Of a DNA stretch of 64,000 nucleotides, positions 54,365 through 63,847 are shown piece by piece (the stretch's first letter is position 1; each line of letters opens with the position of its first letter). Source of the stretch: a virus. Taxonomy: Duplodnaviria > Caudoviricetes. Under the pieces are notes generated by a model. The model saw only the letters and a list, made by a program, of their open reading frames with translations, was not told where the DNA came from and did not search any database. The stretch is taken from IMG/VR virus record IMGVR_UViG_2716884858_000003, positions 32,001-96,000 of that record; one strand, given 5' to 3'. Made by a program: the position numbers and the translations under genes.

Positions 54365-57300
54365 GTGGATGCTGCGGGCAGGGGCCCGTCATCGTCAGCC
54401 AGGCCGCGGCAGCGACCGCCCGCGTGGACGTGGAGCCGCTGCTCCTGTGTGACGTGCTCCCGGACGGCACGATCGCCGGCCTCGCGCAGGTGGAGTCCGT
54501 CTACGACGCGAACACAGGCGCCCGGCTGAGCACGCGCATCGTCAACCCCACCACCGGGGCGACCTACACCCCCACCGGCACGCTCGGCCTGTGCTCGCCG
54601 CCGGCCGACGAGTGCGCCCGGCAGATCACCCAGGTGACCCGCTGCGACGACACCACCGGCGACGGCGTCGGCGACACCGAGTATGTCGAGGTGTGGGCCC
54701 TGGACCCGTGCGACGGCGGTACGCCCCAACTGGTGGGCACCTACCTCGCCGGGGACTACAGCAGCGCCTACACGCCGACCGCGCCCGCCCCATGCCCGAC
54801 CCAGACGCCGGACACCCCGGTCGTCCTGGGCACCGTCTGCTACGACGACGGCGCTGGCGGCACCGGCACGGCGGCCGTCCTCAAGTGCGCCGCCTGCGGG
54901 GACCCGGCCGTCACGTACCTCGATCTCGCCACCGGCGCCGTGCTGACCGCGCCGGCCATCGTGCCGTGCCCGGCCGCAGCAGACCGGACGACGCAACTCC
55001 TGTGCGACGTCCAGGCCGATGGCACCTCCTCCCCGCTCCTGCGCACGTTCACCACCGACGACACCGGCACCACCACGGCGGACACGCTCCTCGACGGCAC
55101 CACGGCCTACACACCGACGGGCACCGTCGGCGTCTGCCTGCCGGTCAACGACTGCGCCTCACCGACCACCCCGACCGCCACCATCGGCCTGTGCCTGCCG
55201 GACGGGACACCGATCGCCGTCACCGTCGTCCGCGACTGCGACGGCGTAGTCACCTCCGAGGGATGGATCAACCTCCAGACCGGCGCCTACAGCGCGGGCG
55301 CGCCACCGGTCGGCACCGTCGCCTGCGGCAGCTCCCAGAGCGTCCAGGTCTCGGGAACCTTCTGCGACGTCAACGCGACCGGCGACGTCGTCGGCCTGGT
55401 GCTGATCGAGTACAGCTACGCCGCGGGCGGCACGATCGACAGCGTCCGCCTGGTCGACGCCACCACCGGCGCCACCTACACCCCCACCGGCACCGTCACC
55501 ACCTGCCCGGTCGGCGTCGAGCAGCCGGAACAGGACGTCGTCCAGCTCTGTGACACGGCCGCGGACGGCACCGTCACCGCGATGGTCCGGGATTACCGGA
55601 GGGACGAGACCGGCGCCATCGTCGGGCACTCGGACTACCTCCTCGACGGCAGCCCGTACGTGCCGACGGGCACGGTCGGGGACTGCCAGCCCGACCCGCA
55701 GCCGGAGCGGGACCTGGCCGTCCTGTGCGACGTCCAGGCGAACGGCAGCGTGACGACGTTCCTGCGCGACTACGCCCGGGATGCGGCCGGCACCGTCACC
55801 GGCCACGCGGACTATGCCCTCAACGGCTCCGCCCCGTACGCCCCGACCGGCACCGTGGGCGTCTGCCAGCCGCCGCCCTGCAAGGACTGCGAGACGCTGC
55901 TCCTGTGCGATGACGGGGCCGACGACCCGGCCCTCATCACCGGGACAGCCTCGTCCGGAACCCTCTCCAACGGCGTCACCTGGCAGGCAACGGGCCCCTC
56001 CCCGTTCTCGCCGGGACGGAACAACGCTGACGGCTCCTGGTGGGGCCTGGGCACCTTCCCCAACTCGGTCACGCCCAACACGACATGGACGTTCAACCGG
56101 CCGGTCGACGTCGAATTCAGCGTCATCATCCGCCACGCGGGGGGCACCGGGCCCACGGACAACACGGCGCAGATCCCGGCCGGCGCGGAGGTGGTGAGCC
56201 TGCCGTACGGCTACCACTATGACCCGGCCACCCGCATCCTGTCGGCCGACTCCACCGTGACCGACTGCGCGGTCCTCGCCACCCCCAGCCAGGCAGCAGG
56301 CGCACGGTTCCGCCTCACGAACCCCGTCACCTCCTTCAGCCTGCGCTACCTCGGGGCGCGCGTCGCCAACTGCGGCCAGTTCGGCAACTGGTACTTCGGC
56401 GCGATCACGGTCACCTCGTCCGGACAGTTCCTCCGCACCCTGTGCCGCGACTGCACCGGCGCGGTCGTCAGTACCACGGACACCGGCCTCGACGGCGTCA
56501 CCCCGTACACGCTCCTCGGCACGCCCGGCCTGTGCGCAGACACCGGCGCGGAAGCGGACAGCGCCGACGTGGACCCGCTACTCCTGTGCGACACCGACAC
56601 CGCCGGCACCGTGACGCAGTTCCTACGGCACTACGTGTACGACGGCAGCACCGGCGCTCTCGACAGCTTCCGGGACACCGGCCTCGACGGCTCCACCCCC
56701 TACGTCCCGAGCACCGGCGGCACGGTGGGCCAGTGCCAGCCCACTGCATGCGAGTTCACCCCGGTCTGCGTCCGCCCCTCCGGGCGGGTGGAGTTCCTGA
56801 GCAACCCGGCCGGGGGCACCAGCGGAGTCGATGCCGACTGGACATGGGGGCAGAGCCTCGCCGGCCCCTGGTTCCCGACCTACCGGGTCGGCGTATACCC
56901 CGGCTGGACGACCGTCGACCTGGGCACAGCGGAGGGGACGGCGCACTGGATCGCGCCGCACCCGGACAGTCAGCTCGCGAACACCGGCCAGCCGGGCGAG
57001 GGCCCGGCCATCACCGCCGCCACGCCCGACTGGTACGGGCGCGCCTCGTTCCAGCTCCCTTCGTTCGCCGACCCGGCCACCATCCGCATCTCGGCGACCG
57101 CGCTGAACGCGGACCAGCTCGCCGTCGAGTGGCGGTTGAACGGCGGCGCCTGGCAGCCCGTCAACAGCAGCCACGCCCAGCCGCCGTACACCCTCGCGCC
57201 GACGGCCGTACCCGGGGCGCAGGCGGGCCTTAACGAGATCGTCGTCCACGTCCGGGAGACGGTGTTCCCGACGGGCGCGGCCGGGATCCTCCTGCACGTC

Positions 57301-57927
57301 ATCGCCGAGTACGACGTCGACGCCTCCGCCTACCTCCAGTGGACACAGGTCGTCTGCACCGACGGCGCGATGTACTACCTCGACGACCTCGGCGCACGAC
57401 AGGACGCCATCCCCGACGGGGCGACGATCGTGCCATGCCCGGGGAGCACGGAGACGTGCGCGAAGACGGTCATCGAGCGGTGCGGCTGCGACGACACCGA
57501 CGGCGACGGCATCGGTGACGTCCAGTACACCGAGCTGTGGGCCGTCGACCCCTGCGACGGCGCCGCCCCGACCCTGCTGGGTACCTACCTCGACGGCGAC
57601 CTCACCCAGCCGTACACGCCGGTCTCGCCGGTCGACTGCACCGCGGCGGAGGCGCTGCCGGGGCCGCTGAGCACCGGTGTACGGGCCGTGACCGGCACGG
57701 CGGCGCAAAACATCGCGGGCAGCTTCCCCGGTGTCCAGAGCGTCAGCCTTACCGTCTTGAGTGGGAGCGTCGCGGCCACCATGTCGGACGGCTCGGCAGT
57801 GCCGATCCCGGCCGGGGTGACGATGACGTGGTCCGTCGCCCAGGACAGTGACACCGCCCTCGCCGCGGCCTCCTTCGCCGGGGCGACCGCGGCAGCGAGC
57901 TACCTCCTGAACTGGACGTACCGCTGA
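54361..57927 (+). CDS. Cys-rich repetitive structural protein (1188 aa), paralog of the preceding gene
   Basis: MSGCC N-terminus; many LCD modules; CDDTxGDG loops; shared C-terminal QSV...TWSxAxD domain. Confidence 0.8.
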   Translation: MSGCCGQGPVIVSQAAAATARVDVEPLLLCDVLPDGTIAGLAQVESVYDANTGARLSTRIVNPTTGATYTPTGTLGLCSPPADECARQITQVTRCDDTTGDGVGDTEYVEVWALDPCDGGTPQLVGTYLAGDYSSAYTPTAPAPCPTQTPDTPVVLGTVCYDDGAGGTGTAAVLKCAACGDPAVTYLDLATGAVLTAPAIVPCPAAADRTTQLLCDVQADGTSSPLLRTFTTDDTGTTTADTLLDGTTAYTPTGTVGVCLPVNDCASPTTPTATIGLCLPDGTPIAVTVVRDCDGVVTSEGWINLQTGAYSAGAPPVGTVACGSSQSVQVSGTFCDVNATGDVVGLVLIEYSYAAGGTIDSVRLVDATTGATYTPTGTVTTCPVGVEQPEQDVVQLCDTAADGTVTAMVRDYRRDETGAIVGHSDYLLDGSPYVPTGTVGDCQPDPQPERDLAVLCDVQANGSVTTFLRDYARDAAGTVTGHADYALNGSAPYAPTGTVGVCQPPPCKDCETLLLCDDGADDPALITGTASSGTLSNGVTWQATGPSPFSPGRNNADGSWWGLGTFPNSVTPNTTWTFNRPVDVEFSVIIRHAGGTGPTDNTAQIPAGAEVVSLPYGYHYDPATRILSADSTVTDCAVLATPSQAAGARFRLTNPVTSFSLRYLGARVANCGQFGNWYFGAITVTSSGQFLRTLCRDCTGAVVSTTDTGLDGVTPYTLLGTPGLCADTGAEADSADVDPLLLCDTDTAGTVTQFLRHYVYDGSTGALDSFRDTGLDGSTPYVPSTGGTVGQCQPTACEFTPVCVRPSGRVEFLSNPAGGTSGVDADWTWGQSLAGPWFPTYRVGVYPGWTTVDLGTAEGTAHWIAPHPDSQLANTGQPGEGPAITAATPDWYGRASFQLPSFADPATIRISATALNADQLAVEWRLNGGAWQPVNSSHAQPPYTLAPTAVPGAQAGLNEIVVHVRETVFPTGAAGILLHVIAEYDVDASAYLQWTQVVCTDGAMYYLDDLGARQDAIPDGATIVPCPGSTETCAKTVIERCGCDDTDGDGIGDVQYTELWAVDPCDGAAPTLLGTYLDGDLTQPYTPVSPVDCTAAEALPGPLSTGVRAVTGTAAQNIAGSFPGVQSVSLTVLSGSVAATMSDGSAVPIPAGVTMTWSVAQDSDTALAAASFAGATAAASYLLNWTYR

Positions 57928-58181
57928 TGGCCACCCCCCTTCTCCAGACCGCCGACCAGGAGGCGCTGATGAGCGACGACACCACCGAGACCACGCCCGG
58001 CCCGGCGCCCGGCCCGCGCTACTTCACGAAGGGGGGCGAGAGCGTGCAGGTCGTCTACCACCTGAAGGACCCGGCGCCGTACTTCGAGCTGGGCTACGAG
58101 GAGGTAGACGAGGCCGCCTATCTCGCGAGCCTGCCGGACGTCTTCGCCTCGCCGCTCCCCACCGCCCCGGAGGGCGACTGA
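57927..58181 (+). CDS. Small acidic protein (fibre-chaperone-like)
   Basis: RYF...GYEEVDEAAY, similar to 63547-63723. Confidence 0.65.
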   Translation: MATPLLQTADQEALMSDDTTETTPGPAPGPRYFTKGGESVQVVYHLKDPAPYFELGYEEVDEAAYLASLPDVFASPLPTAPEGD

Positions 58182-58828
58182 TGGCGGGGAGCTGCTGCGG
58201 GTCAACCCGCGTCGTCCCGCGCCTGGACCCGGCGCCGTGCAACGCGCTCACACAGGCGGCGGCCGGGCTCCTCGTGCCACGTGCCGAGGTCGCCGGGATC
58301 GCCCCCGGTGGCGCGGTCTCGGCGACGCGCTCGGTCGACGTGGACGTGCAGGCTCCGGCCGCCGGTGCCTGCCCGCAGACCTGGACGGTCGGGGCGCGCC
58401 TCACCCCGGTCAGCGGTGAAGCCTTCGGAGCGGATGCGAACCTGCAAGCCGTTGCCTCCGGAACGTGGGTGGCAACGAGTGCCCAGGTCGTGCTGCCCGA
58501 GGCGGGGACGTACGCCCTTTCCGCCGACTTCTATTCGCACATTGCCGCGACCACGCCGTGGGCGGTGGCGATCAACGCCCGTCTGGTCAACGTCACCGCC
58601 GGAACGCCCGTGACTGGTAGCACCAGGCGGATTCAGTTCGGCAACATCAACGACGGCGGTGGCACGGTGATGGCGCTGCAGAACGCCGGCAGCCTCAGCA
58701 CCGTCCTCACCGTCACCGGGCCGACGACGATCCGCGTGGAAGGGCAGCGGCAGTACGTCGGCTTCAACGACTCCACTCAGGCGCTCCTCGGAGGACCACG
58801 CCTCGGCTTCGTGAAGGTGAGCGACTGA
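58181..58828 (+). CDS. Fibre/receptor-binding-like paralog 1 (constant N-terminus, variable beta-rich C-terminus)
   Basis: GIAPGGAVS..RSVD..PAAGACP..W.VG.RLTPV; LPEAGTY; ends KVSD. Confidence 0.75.
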   Translation: MAGSCCGSTRVVPRLDPAPCNALTQAAAGLLVPRAEVAGIAPGGAVSATRSVDVDVQAPAAGACPQTWTVGARLTPVSGEAFGADANLQAVASGTWVATSAQVVLPEAGTYALSADFYSHIAATTPWAVAINARLVNVTAGTPVTGSTRRIQFGNINDGGGTVMALQNAGSLSTVLTVTGPTTIRVEGQRQYVGFNDSTQALLGGPRLGFVKVSD

Positions 58829-59475
58829 TGGCGGGCGCATGCGGGCGTACGTACCGCGTCGACGCGCCCGTGGACCCGGCGCCGTGCAACGCCCTCACCC
58901 GGACGGCGGCCGGGCTCCTCGTGCCGCACACCGCCCTCCAAGGCATCGCCCCCGGCGGCGCGGTGTCGGCGCAGCGCTCGGTCGACATCGACGTCACGGC
59001 GCCTGCCGCCGGAGCGTGCCCGGAGACGTGGGCGGTCGGCGGCCGGCTCACGCCGGTGAGCGGGCAGACATCCGGAGCTGTCGGCCTTGGCGCTGCCCCC
59101 TTCGACACGTGGACCCCTGTCACCGGGGCCCAGCTGACGCTGCCCGAAGCAGGCGTCTACGAAGTGATCGCTGACATGCAGGGCGGCGTGATCATGCAGG
59201 GCAGTGTCTCCAACGCGTGGCTCCAAGCCCGGCTCTTTGACGTCACTGCCAACGCCGCGGTACCGCTCACTACGCGGACCATCACCCTCTTCGCCGCTAC
59301 GCCCGCAGTCGGCGTCATCCACACCCTCCACGGCAACGCCTCGGCAGCGGCGTTGTACCAGGTGGCGGGGCCGACAACGATTCGAGTTGAGGGCCTGAAG
59401 CACGTCGACAGCGGAACCACAAGCGGGCAAGCCGTCTGGGCACTGAACTTCCGGTTCAAGAAGGTGAGCGACTAA
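58828..59475 (+). CDS. Fibre/receptor-binding-like paralog 2
   Basis: Same constant region; LPEAGVY; ends KVSD. Confidence 0.75.
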   Translation: MAGACGRTYRVDAPVDPAPCNALTRTAAGLLVPHTALQGIAPGGAVSAQRSVDIDVTAPAAGACPETWAVGGRLTPVSGQTSGAVGLGAAPFDTWTPVTGAQLTLPEAGVYEVIADMQGGVIMQGSVSNAWLQARLFDVTANAAVPLTTRTITLFAATPAVGVIHTLHGNASAAALYQVAGPTTIRVEGLKHVDSGTTSGQAVWALNFRFKKVSD

Positions 59476-60164
59476 TGGCGGGCGCATGCGGGCGTACGTA
59501 CCGCATCGACCCGAAGCTGGACCTGGCAACGTGCAACGGCCTGACGCAGACGGCGAGCGGCCTCCTCGCGCCGCGTACGCAGGTGGCGGGCATCGCCCCC
59601 GGCGGCGCGGTGTCGACGGAGCGCTCGGTAGACGTGGACGTGACGCCCCCGGCCGCCGGGGCGTGCCCGGAGAGCTGGCAGGTGGGGGCGCGGCTCACGC
59701 CCGTGTTCGGGACCCGTAACGCCGGGCAGGCGGACCTCCGCACCTCGGCTCTGGGTCAGCAAGTGGTGCTGCCGAACAGTCAGGTCCTGCTCCCCGAGCC
59801 GGGCGTCTACCGGCTCACCGCCCACCTGTTCGGTATTGCGACCTGGAACTTCAACGGCAGGCACATCGCCTCCATCTCGGCGCTGTGGTTCAACACCACA
59901 ACGAACGCCTTCGTCCCCGGCAGCCCGCGGTGGGTGCTCCTCCACGACGCGCCCGGCAGGGTGAGCCCGGAAACCGGCCTCAAGAGCATCGGCGGGAACG
60001 CGGTGTGCGAAGGGGTCGTCACCATCACGGCTCCGACGAGTTACGAGATCCGAGCACTGCGAGGCACTGGCGACGCGGGAACGCAGGCCAACGCCAACCT
60101 CCAGCACTACCTGACCGGCGGCATCCCCCAGCAGGGGATCTTTTGGCAGAAGGTGAGCGACTGA
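59475..60164 (+). CDS. Fibre/receptor-binding-like paralog 3
   Basis: Same constant region; LPEPGVY; ends KVSD. Confidence 0.75.
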   Translation: MAGACGRTYRIDPKLDLATCNGLTQTASGLLAPRTQVAGIAPGGAVSTERSVDVDVTPPAAGACPESWQVGARLTPVFGTRNAGQADLRTSALGQQVVLPNSQVLLPEPGVYRLTAHLFGIATWNFNGRHIASISALWFNTTTNAFVPGSPRWVLLHDAPGRVSPETGLKSIGGNAVCEGVVTITAPTSYEIRALRGTGDAGTQANANLQHYLTGGIPQQGIFWQKVSD

Positions 60165-60655
60165 TGACGGGAACGGCCGCGAGTCTCAACCGGGTTGACG
60201 GAGCGTGGGCAGAGTCGACCGCGCTCAACTTCCTGCACACGCTCACCGGGGCACTCCGGGCGTGGGAGGCCGTGCCCGAGGTGCCGTTGCTGACCATCCC
60301 GCGCGCCGGCGTGTGGGAGGTAAATATCCAGGTGCGCGGTGTCGCGTCGCTCCCAGCGCCGGGCGCGGCGGCCAGCGACACAGGCGTCGTGGCCGGCATG
60401 TACAAGAACGGGGCCCTCGTCCCCGGTACGGAGGCCATGGTCATCTACCACAGCGAGGGGGCGGGCGACCAGGGCAAACAGATCCAGGCGACGGGCTCGC
60501 GGCAGTTCATGCACTTGTTCGCTGCCGGGGACACGGTGGGGCTCGGCGCCTATCGCCTCGGCACGTTCGGCAGCGCCGCGGTGGTCAGCAACGGGGACGG
60601 ACGCACGTACATCTCGGCTCACTGGGTCGCTCCGGAAGGAGACACCCCGGCATGA
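60164..60655 (+). CDS. C1q/BclA-like beta-jelly-roll protein
   Basis: LTIPRAGVWEV, LFAAGDTVGL; TGATG coupling. Confidence 0.7.
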   Translation: MTGTAASLNRVDGAWAESTALNFLHTLTGALRAWEAVPEVPLLTIPRAGVWEVNIQVRGVASLPAPGAAASDTGVVAGMYKNGALVPGTEAMVIYHSEGAGDQGKQIQATGSRQFMHLFAAGDTVGLGAYRLGTFGSAAVVSNGDGRTYISAHWVAPEGDTPA

Positions 60656-60714
60656 CCGGAACAGCAGCCAGTCTCGACACCGGCGGTAGCGGCTTCGCCG
60701 CTCTACCGGCATAA
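60652..60714 (+). pseudogene. 20-codon remnant of a paralog of 60164-60655
   Basis: Starts MTGTAASL like the upstream gene, then stops. Confidence 0.5.
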
Positions 60715-60741
60715 CCCCTCACCCCTCCTGGAGGTCTCCTC

Positions 60742-61224
60742 ATGTCCGGTACCAGCGGCAGCGTTTCGGCAGCAGCGGCAGCCGATGCCGAGTACGAGAT
60801 CCTGTGCGACGTGCAGGTCGATGGCACCAGCACGCCGTTCCTGCGGCACTACACCACCAGCGGCACCGGCGCCCCGGCCGTCTCGGACACCGCGCTGGAC
60901 GGCACCACGCCGTACGCGCCGACCGGCACCGTCGTACGCTGCGGCGCCTCGCCCAATCCACAGATCGACTCCTCGGCGCAGCGGCAGACCGGCGCCGGCA
61001 ACGTCACCATCACGGCCGGGGCGCGCTCGGTGACGCTGCTGGTGTTCGCCGGCTCGCCCACGGTGGCGATCGGCGGAGGGGCGGCCGTCGCCTTCCCCGC
61101 GGGCAGCTCCGGCACGTGGTCGGTGGACCAGGGCGGGAAGAACGGCGAGAAACTCCAGGACGCTTTCGTGTTCACCGGGGTGGCGGGCTCGGATTTCATC
61201 GTCCTGTCCACGCGCGAGCTGTAA
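60742..61224 (+). CDS. Short protein with one LCD module plus the shared C-terminal domain
   Basis: ILCDVQVDGTSTPFLRHY...LDGTTPYAPTG. Confidence 0.75.
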   Translation: MSGTSGSVSAAAAADAEYEILCDVQVDGTSTPFLRHYTTSGTGAPAVSDTALDGTTPYAPTGTVVRCGASPNPQIDSSAQRQTGAGNVTITAGARSVTLLVFAGSPTVAIGGGAAVAFPAGSSGTWSVDQGGKNGEKLQDAFVFTGVAGSDFIVLSTREL

Positions 61225-61233
61225 CCGCGGCCG

Positions 61234-61542
61234 ATGCCCACGAACGGCACCTACACACCGCCCTCACCGCGCATCGAGCGCGCGACCGGGGTGACGGACG
61301 GCAGCGGGAACGTGACCTTCACCTGGCCCGCCGGGGCGTTCCCCGCTCCGCCTGTGGTGACGCACTCCATTGAGGCGGCGCCGGTCGGGGTGCGCACCGC
61401 GCGGATCACCGCTAACAGCGCGACCGCGACCACCTTCCAGGTGCTCGTCACGACCGGCGTGACCGTGCTCGGGATCAGCGTCCTGGGCCCCGGTGTCGCC
61501 GCGTCCGGGGTCACGGTGCACGCCCACGCTGTCGCCCCCTGA
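61234..61542 (+). CDS. Small beta-sandwich (fibre-tip-like) protein
   Basis: VTFTWPAGAFPAPPVV pattern. Confidence 0.65.
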   Translation: MPTNGTYTPPSPRIERATGVTDGSGNVTFTWPAGAFPAPPVVTHSIEAAPVGVRTARITANSATATTFQVLVTTGVTVLGISVLGPGVAASGVTVHAHAVAP

Positions 61543-61560
61543 CGGCCGCTCCTCGCGGCC

Positions 61561-61595
61561 TAGACTCGAACTGCACGTCGCTGGTTTAGGGCCGG
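61561..61595 (+). promoter_or_regulatory. TAGACT -10 plus GCTGGTTTAGGGCCGG leader motif
   Basis: Motif shared with 47141 and 63781. Confidence 0.6.
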
Positions 61596-61623
61596 ACGCG
61601 ACTCCTCCACCAGGAGCCCCCTC

Positions 61624-63534
61624 ATGGCCAAGTGCTGCGGCGTCCAGCCGTGCAACTGCCGCGTCGTTGCTGGGACCGGGACCACGGTCACCGGGAACGG
61701 CTCCGCGGCGAACCCCTACACGATCAGCGCGGACGGCGCCGGTGCAACCGCGCTCGCCGTCCAGGACACCCCCACCGTCGATCTCACCCTCACGGGTACC
61801 GGCGCGGCCGGCGACCCCTACGAGGTGAGTGCCGCCGTCGTCCTGGACCCCACCCCGCCCCAGGGCGGCACCAACCTCATCGGCAGCGGCCCCGAGGGCC
61901 TGTTCCTGGAGTGCGCGGATGTACGCGGCTGCATCTCCGCAGGGGACGGAGCGAGCTACGACCTGGCCACCGGGGTGGTGGAGGCCCGCGTCTCGACGGA
62001 CGCCGGGAACTCGGTCGCGTTCGGCAGCGACGGAGGCTTGTACGCCCCGCCCGCGAGCGGCGGCGCGCCCAGCGTCGTCACGGCCGGGGACACCGACACG
62101 GCGAACAACACTGTCACCGGCACCGGCGCGGCCGGCGACCCGTACGTGGTCACCACCGACGTCATCGTGGACCCGGCCCCGCCCGCCGGGGGAATCAACC
62201 TGCTCAACGCCGGGCCTGACGGCCTGTACGTGGAGTGCGCGGACTTGCGGCAGTGTTTCTCCGCCGGGGACGGGGCGGCCTACGACCCGGCCACGGGGGA
62301 GATCTCGGCGCGGGTGTCCGCTGACGCGGGCAACACCACGACCATCGGCGCGGACGGCGGCCTCTACACCCCCGCCGCGGCGACGGCGCTCGTGTCCGCC
62401 GACACCCCCACGGTGGACGTGACCGTGACCGGCAGCGGCGCGGCCGGCGACCCGTACCAGGTGGCCGCCGCGGTAATTCTCGACTCCACCCCACCTGGTG
62501 GTGGCAGCAACCTCCTGGAGGAGGGCCCGGGCGGGCTCTACGTGGAGTGCGCCGACGTGCGGCAGTGCTTCTCCGCCGGGGACGGCGCCGCGTACGACCC
62601 GGCCACCGGGGAGTTCTCCGCGCGCCTGTCGACCGACGCCGGCAACACCGTGGCGTTCGGTTCGGACGGCGGCCTGTACTCGACCGGCGGCACGCCCACG
62701 GCGCTCCAGGCCGCGGACACCCCGACGCTCAACGCCACGGTGACCGGCACGGGGGCCGCGGGGGATCCGTACATCGTCTCTGGGGACGTCGTGGTCGCCC
62801 CGGAGCCCAACGGCGTGGAGGCGGCTGCAAACGGGCTCCTGGTGGCCCCCAGCGCGGACACCGGGAACCGGTTGGCGTTCGGCGCGGACGGCCGGCTGTT
62901 CGTGCCGTCGGTCCCGCCGCCGGAGGTCGGCTGCGGCCTCCAGGGCGACGGCACCGCCGCCTCTCCGCTGGCCGCGTTTCCCATCGCCGGCTCCCAGTCG
63001 TGGACGGACGACTGGAACTGTGACCCGGTCGCCAACAGCACGCTGAAGTGCGACCCGAGCAGCGGCGCCCTGTGGACGCCGCCCGAGCACAGCTCGGCCG
63101 CCGCCACCCTTCAGCAGAACCACCCGCTGGGCACGCCGACCATCGCTGTCACGGGCGGGTTCGTCCTCGTCGACTCCACCGCCTGGTCCGAGGGCACCTA
63201 CACAGCGGACTCCCTGAGCGCCTGCCGTGGCATCAGTTTCTCCACCCGGTTCACCGGCCACGTGGAACTCACCTGGCCGGCGAACGCTCAGTTCGACCTC
63301 GGGTATGCCGTGCAGATCAACGGCGGCGCCCTGGCCGTGCGGCAGACGCACAGCGTTCTCGCCAACGGCCCGGCCCGCCACGAGCGGTACAGCTTCGGCG
63401 TCTCGCAGGCGACTGTCCTGCCCCCGCACACCGGCTACGCGGTGCGCGTCTATCCGGCGATCCGCGTGACGGCCGGCACCGTCACGATCAACCAGTGGAT
63501 CACCGACACCGACCTCATCGCCATGACCCGCTAA
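61624..63534 (+). CDS. Repetitive fibre-like structural protein (636 aa)
   Basis: MAKCCGVQPCNC; three to four repeats of about 100 aa: DT.T...TG.GAAGDPY...GP.GL..ECAD.R.C.SAGDG. Confidence 0.8.
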   Translation: MAKCCGVQPCNCRVVAGTGTTVTGNGSAANPYTISADGAGATALAVQDTPTVDLTLTGTGAAGDPYEVSAAVVLDPTPPQGGTNLIGSGPEGLFLECADVRGCISAGDGASYDLATGVVEARVSTDAGNSVAFGSDGGLYAPPASGGAPSVVTAGDTDTANNTVTGTGAAGDPYVVTTDVIVDPAPPAGGINLLNAGPDGLYVECADLRQCFSAGDGAAYDPATGEISARVSADAGNTTTIGADGGLYTPAAATALVSADTPTVDVTVTGSGAAGDPYQVAAAVILDSTPPGGGSNLLEEGPGGLYVECADVRQCFSAGDGAAYDPATGEFSARLSTDAGNTVAFGSDGGLYSTGGTPTALQAADTPTLNATVTGTGAAGDPYIVSGDVVVAPEPNGVEAAANGLLVAPSADTGNRLAFGADGRLFVPSVPPPEVGCGLQGDGTAASPLAAFPIAGSQSWTDDWNCDPVANSTLKCDPSSGALWTPPEHSSAAATLQQNHPLGTPTIAVTGGFVLVDSTAWSEGTYTADSLSACRGISFSTRFTGHVELTWPANAQFDLGYAVQINGGALAVRQTHSVLANGPARHERYSFGVSQATVLPPHTGYAVRVYPAIRVTAGTVTINQWITDTDLIAMTR

Positions 63535-63546
63535 GGAGCCCTGACC

Positions 63547-63723
63547 GTGCGCTACTTCCTGCACAACAACGGCGGCTGGCTGACCGTCAGCGGCGACGCC
63601 GACGTGTTCAACGTCGTGCCCGACGGCTACCGCGAGGTGACCGAGGCCGAGTACAACGAGGCGGCCGGCGTCATCATCGTGGAGCTGCCGACCGGCAGCG
63701 ACGGCGACCAGCCGGCCGCCTGA
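63547..63723 (+). CDS. Small acidic protein, 58 aa (fibre-chaperone-like)
   Basis: GTG after AAGGAG; RYF...GYREVTEAEY. Confidence 0.65.
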   Translation: MRYFLHNNGGWLTVSGDADVFNVVPDGYREVTEAEYNEAAGVIIVELPTGSDGDQPAA

Positions 63724-63765
63724 AAGCTGCCTGCTCGCGGCCGGGTTCCAGGGCCCGGCCGCAGC

Positions 63766-63822
63766 TAGACTGAACTCGCCGCTGGCTTCGGGCCGGGCAA
63801 CATGTCGCTGGTTGAGGGCCGG
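63766..63822 (+). promoter_or_regulatory. TAGACT -10 plus two copies of the leader motif
   Basis: GCTGGCTTCGGGCCGG (63781) and GCTGGTTGAGGGCCGG (63807). Confidence 0.6.
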
Positions 63823-63847
63823 GCTTCCTGCACGTAGGAGGCACGGC

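Noticed and set aside
58181-60714. Diversity-generating retroelement or invertase shufflon
   Set aside because: No reverse transcriptase, no adenine-specific TR/VR pair, no inverted cassettes and no recombinase in the window
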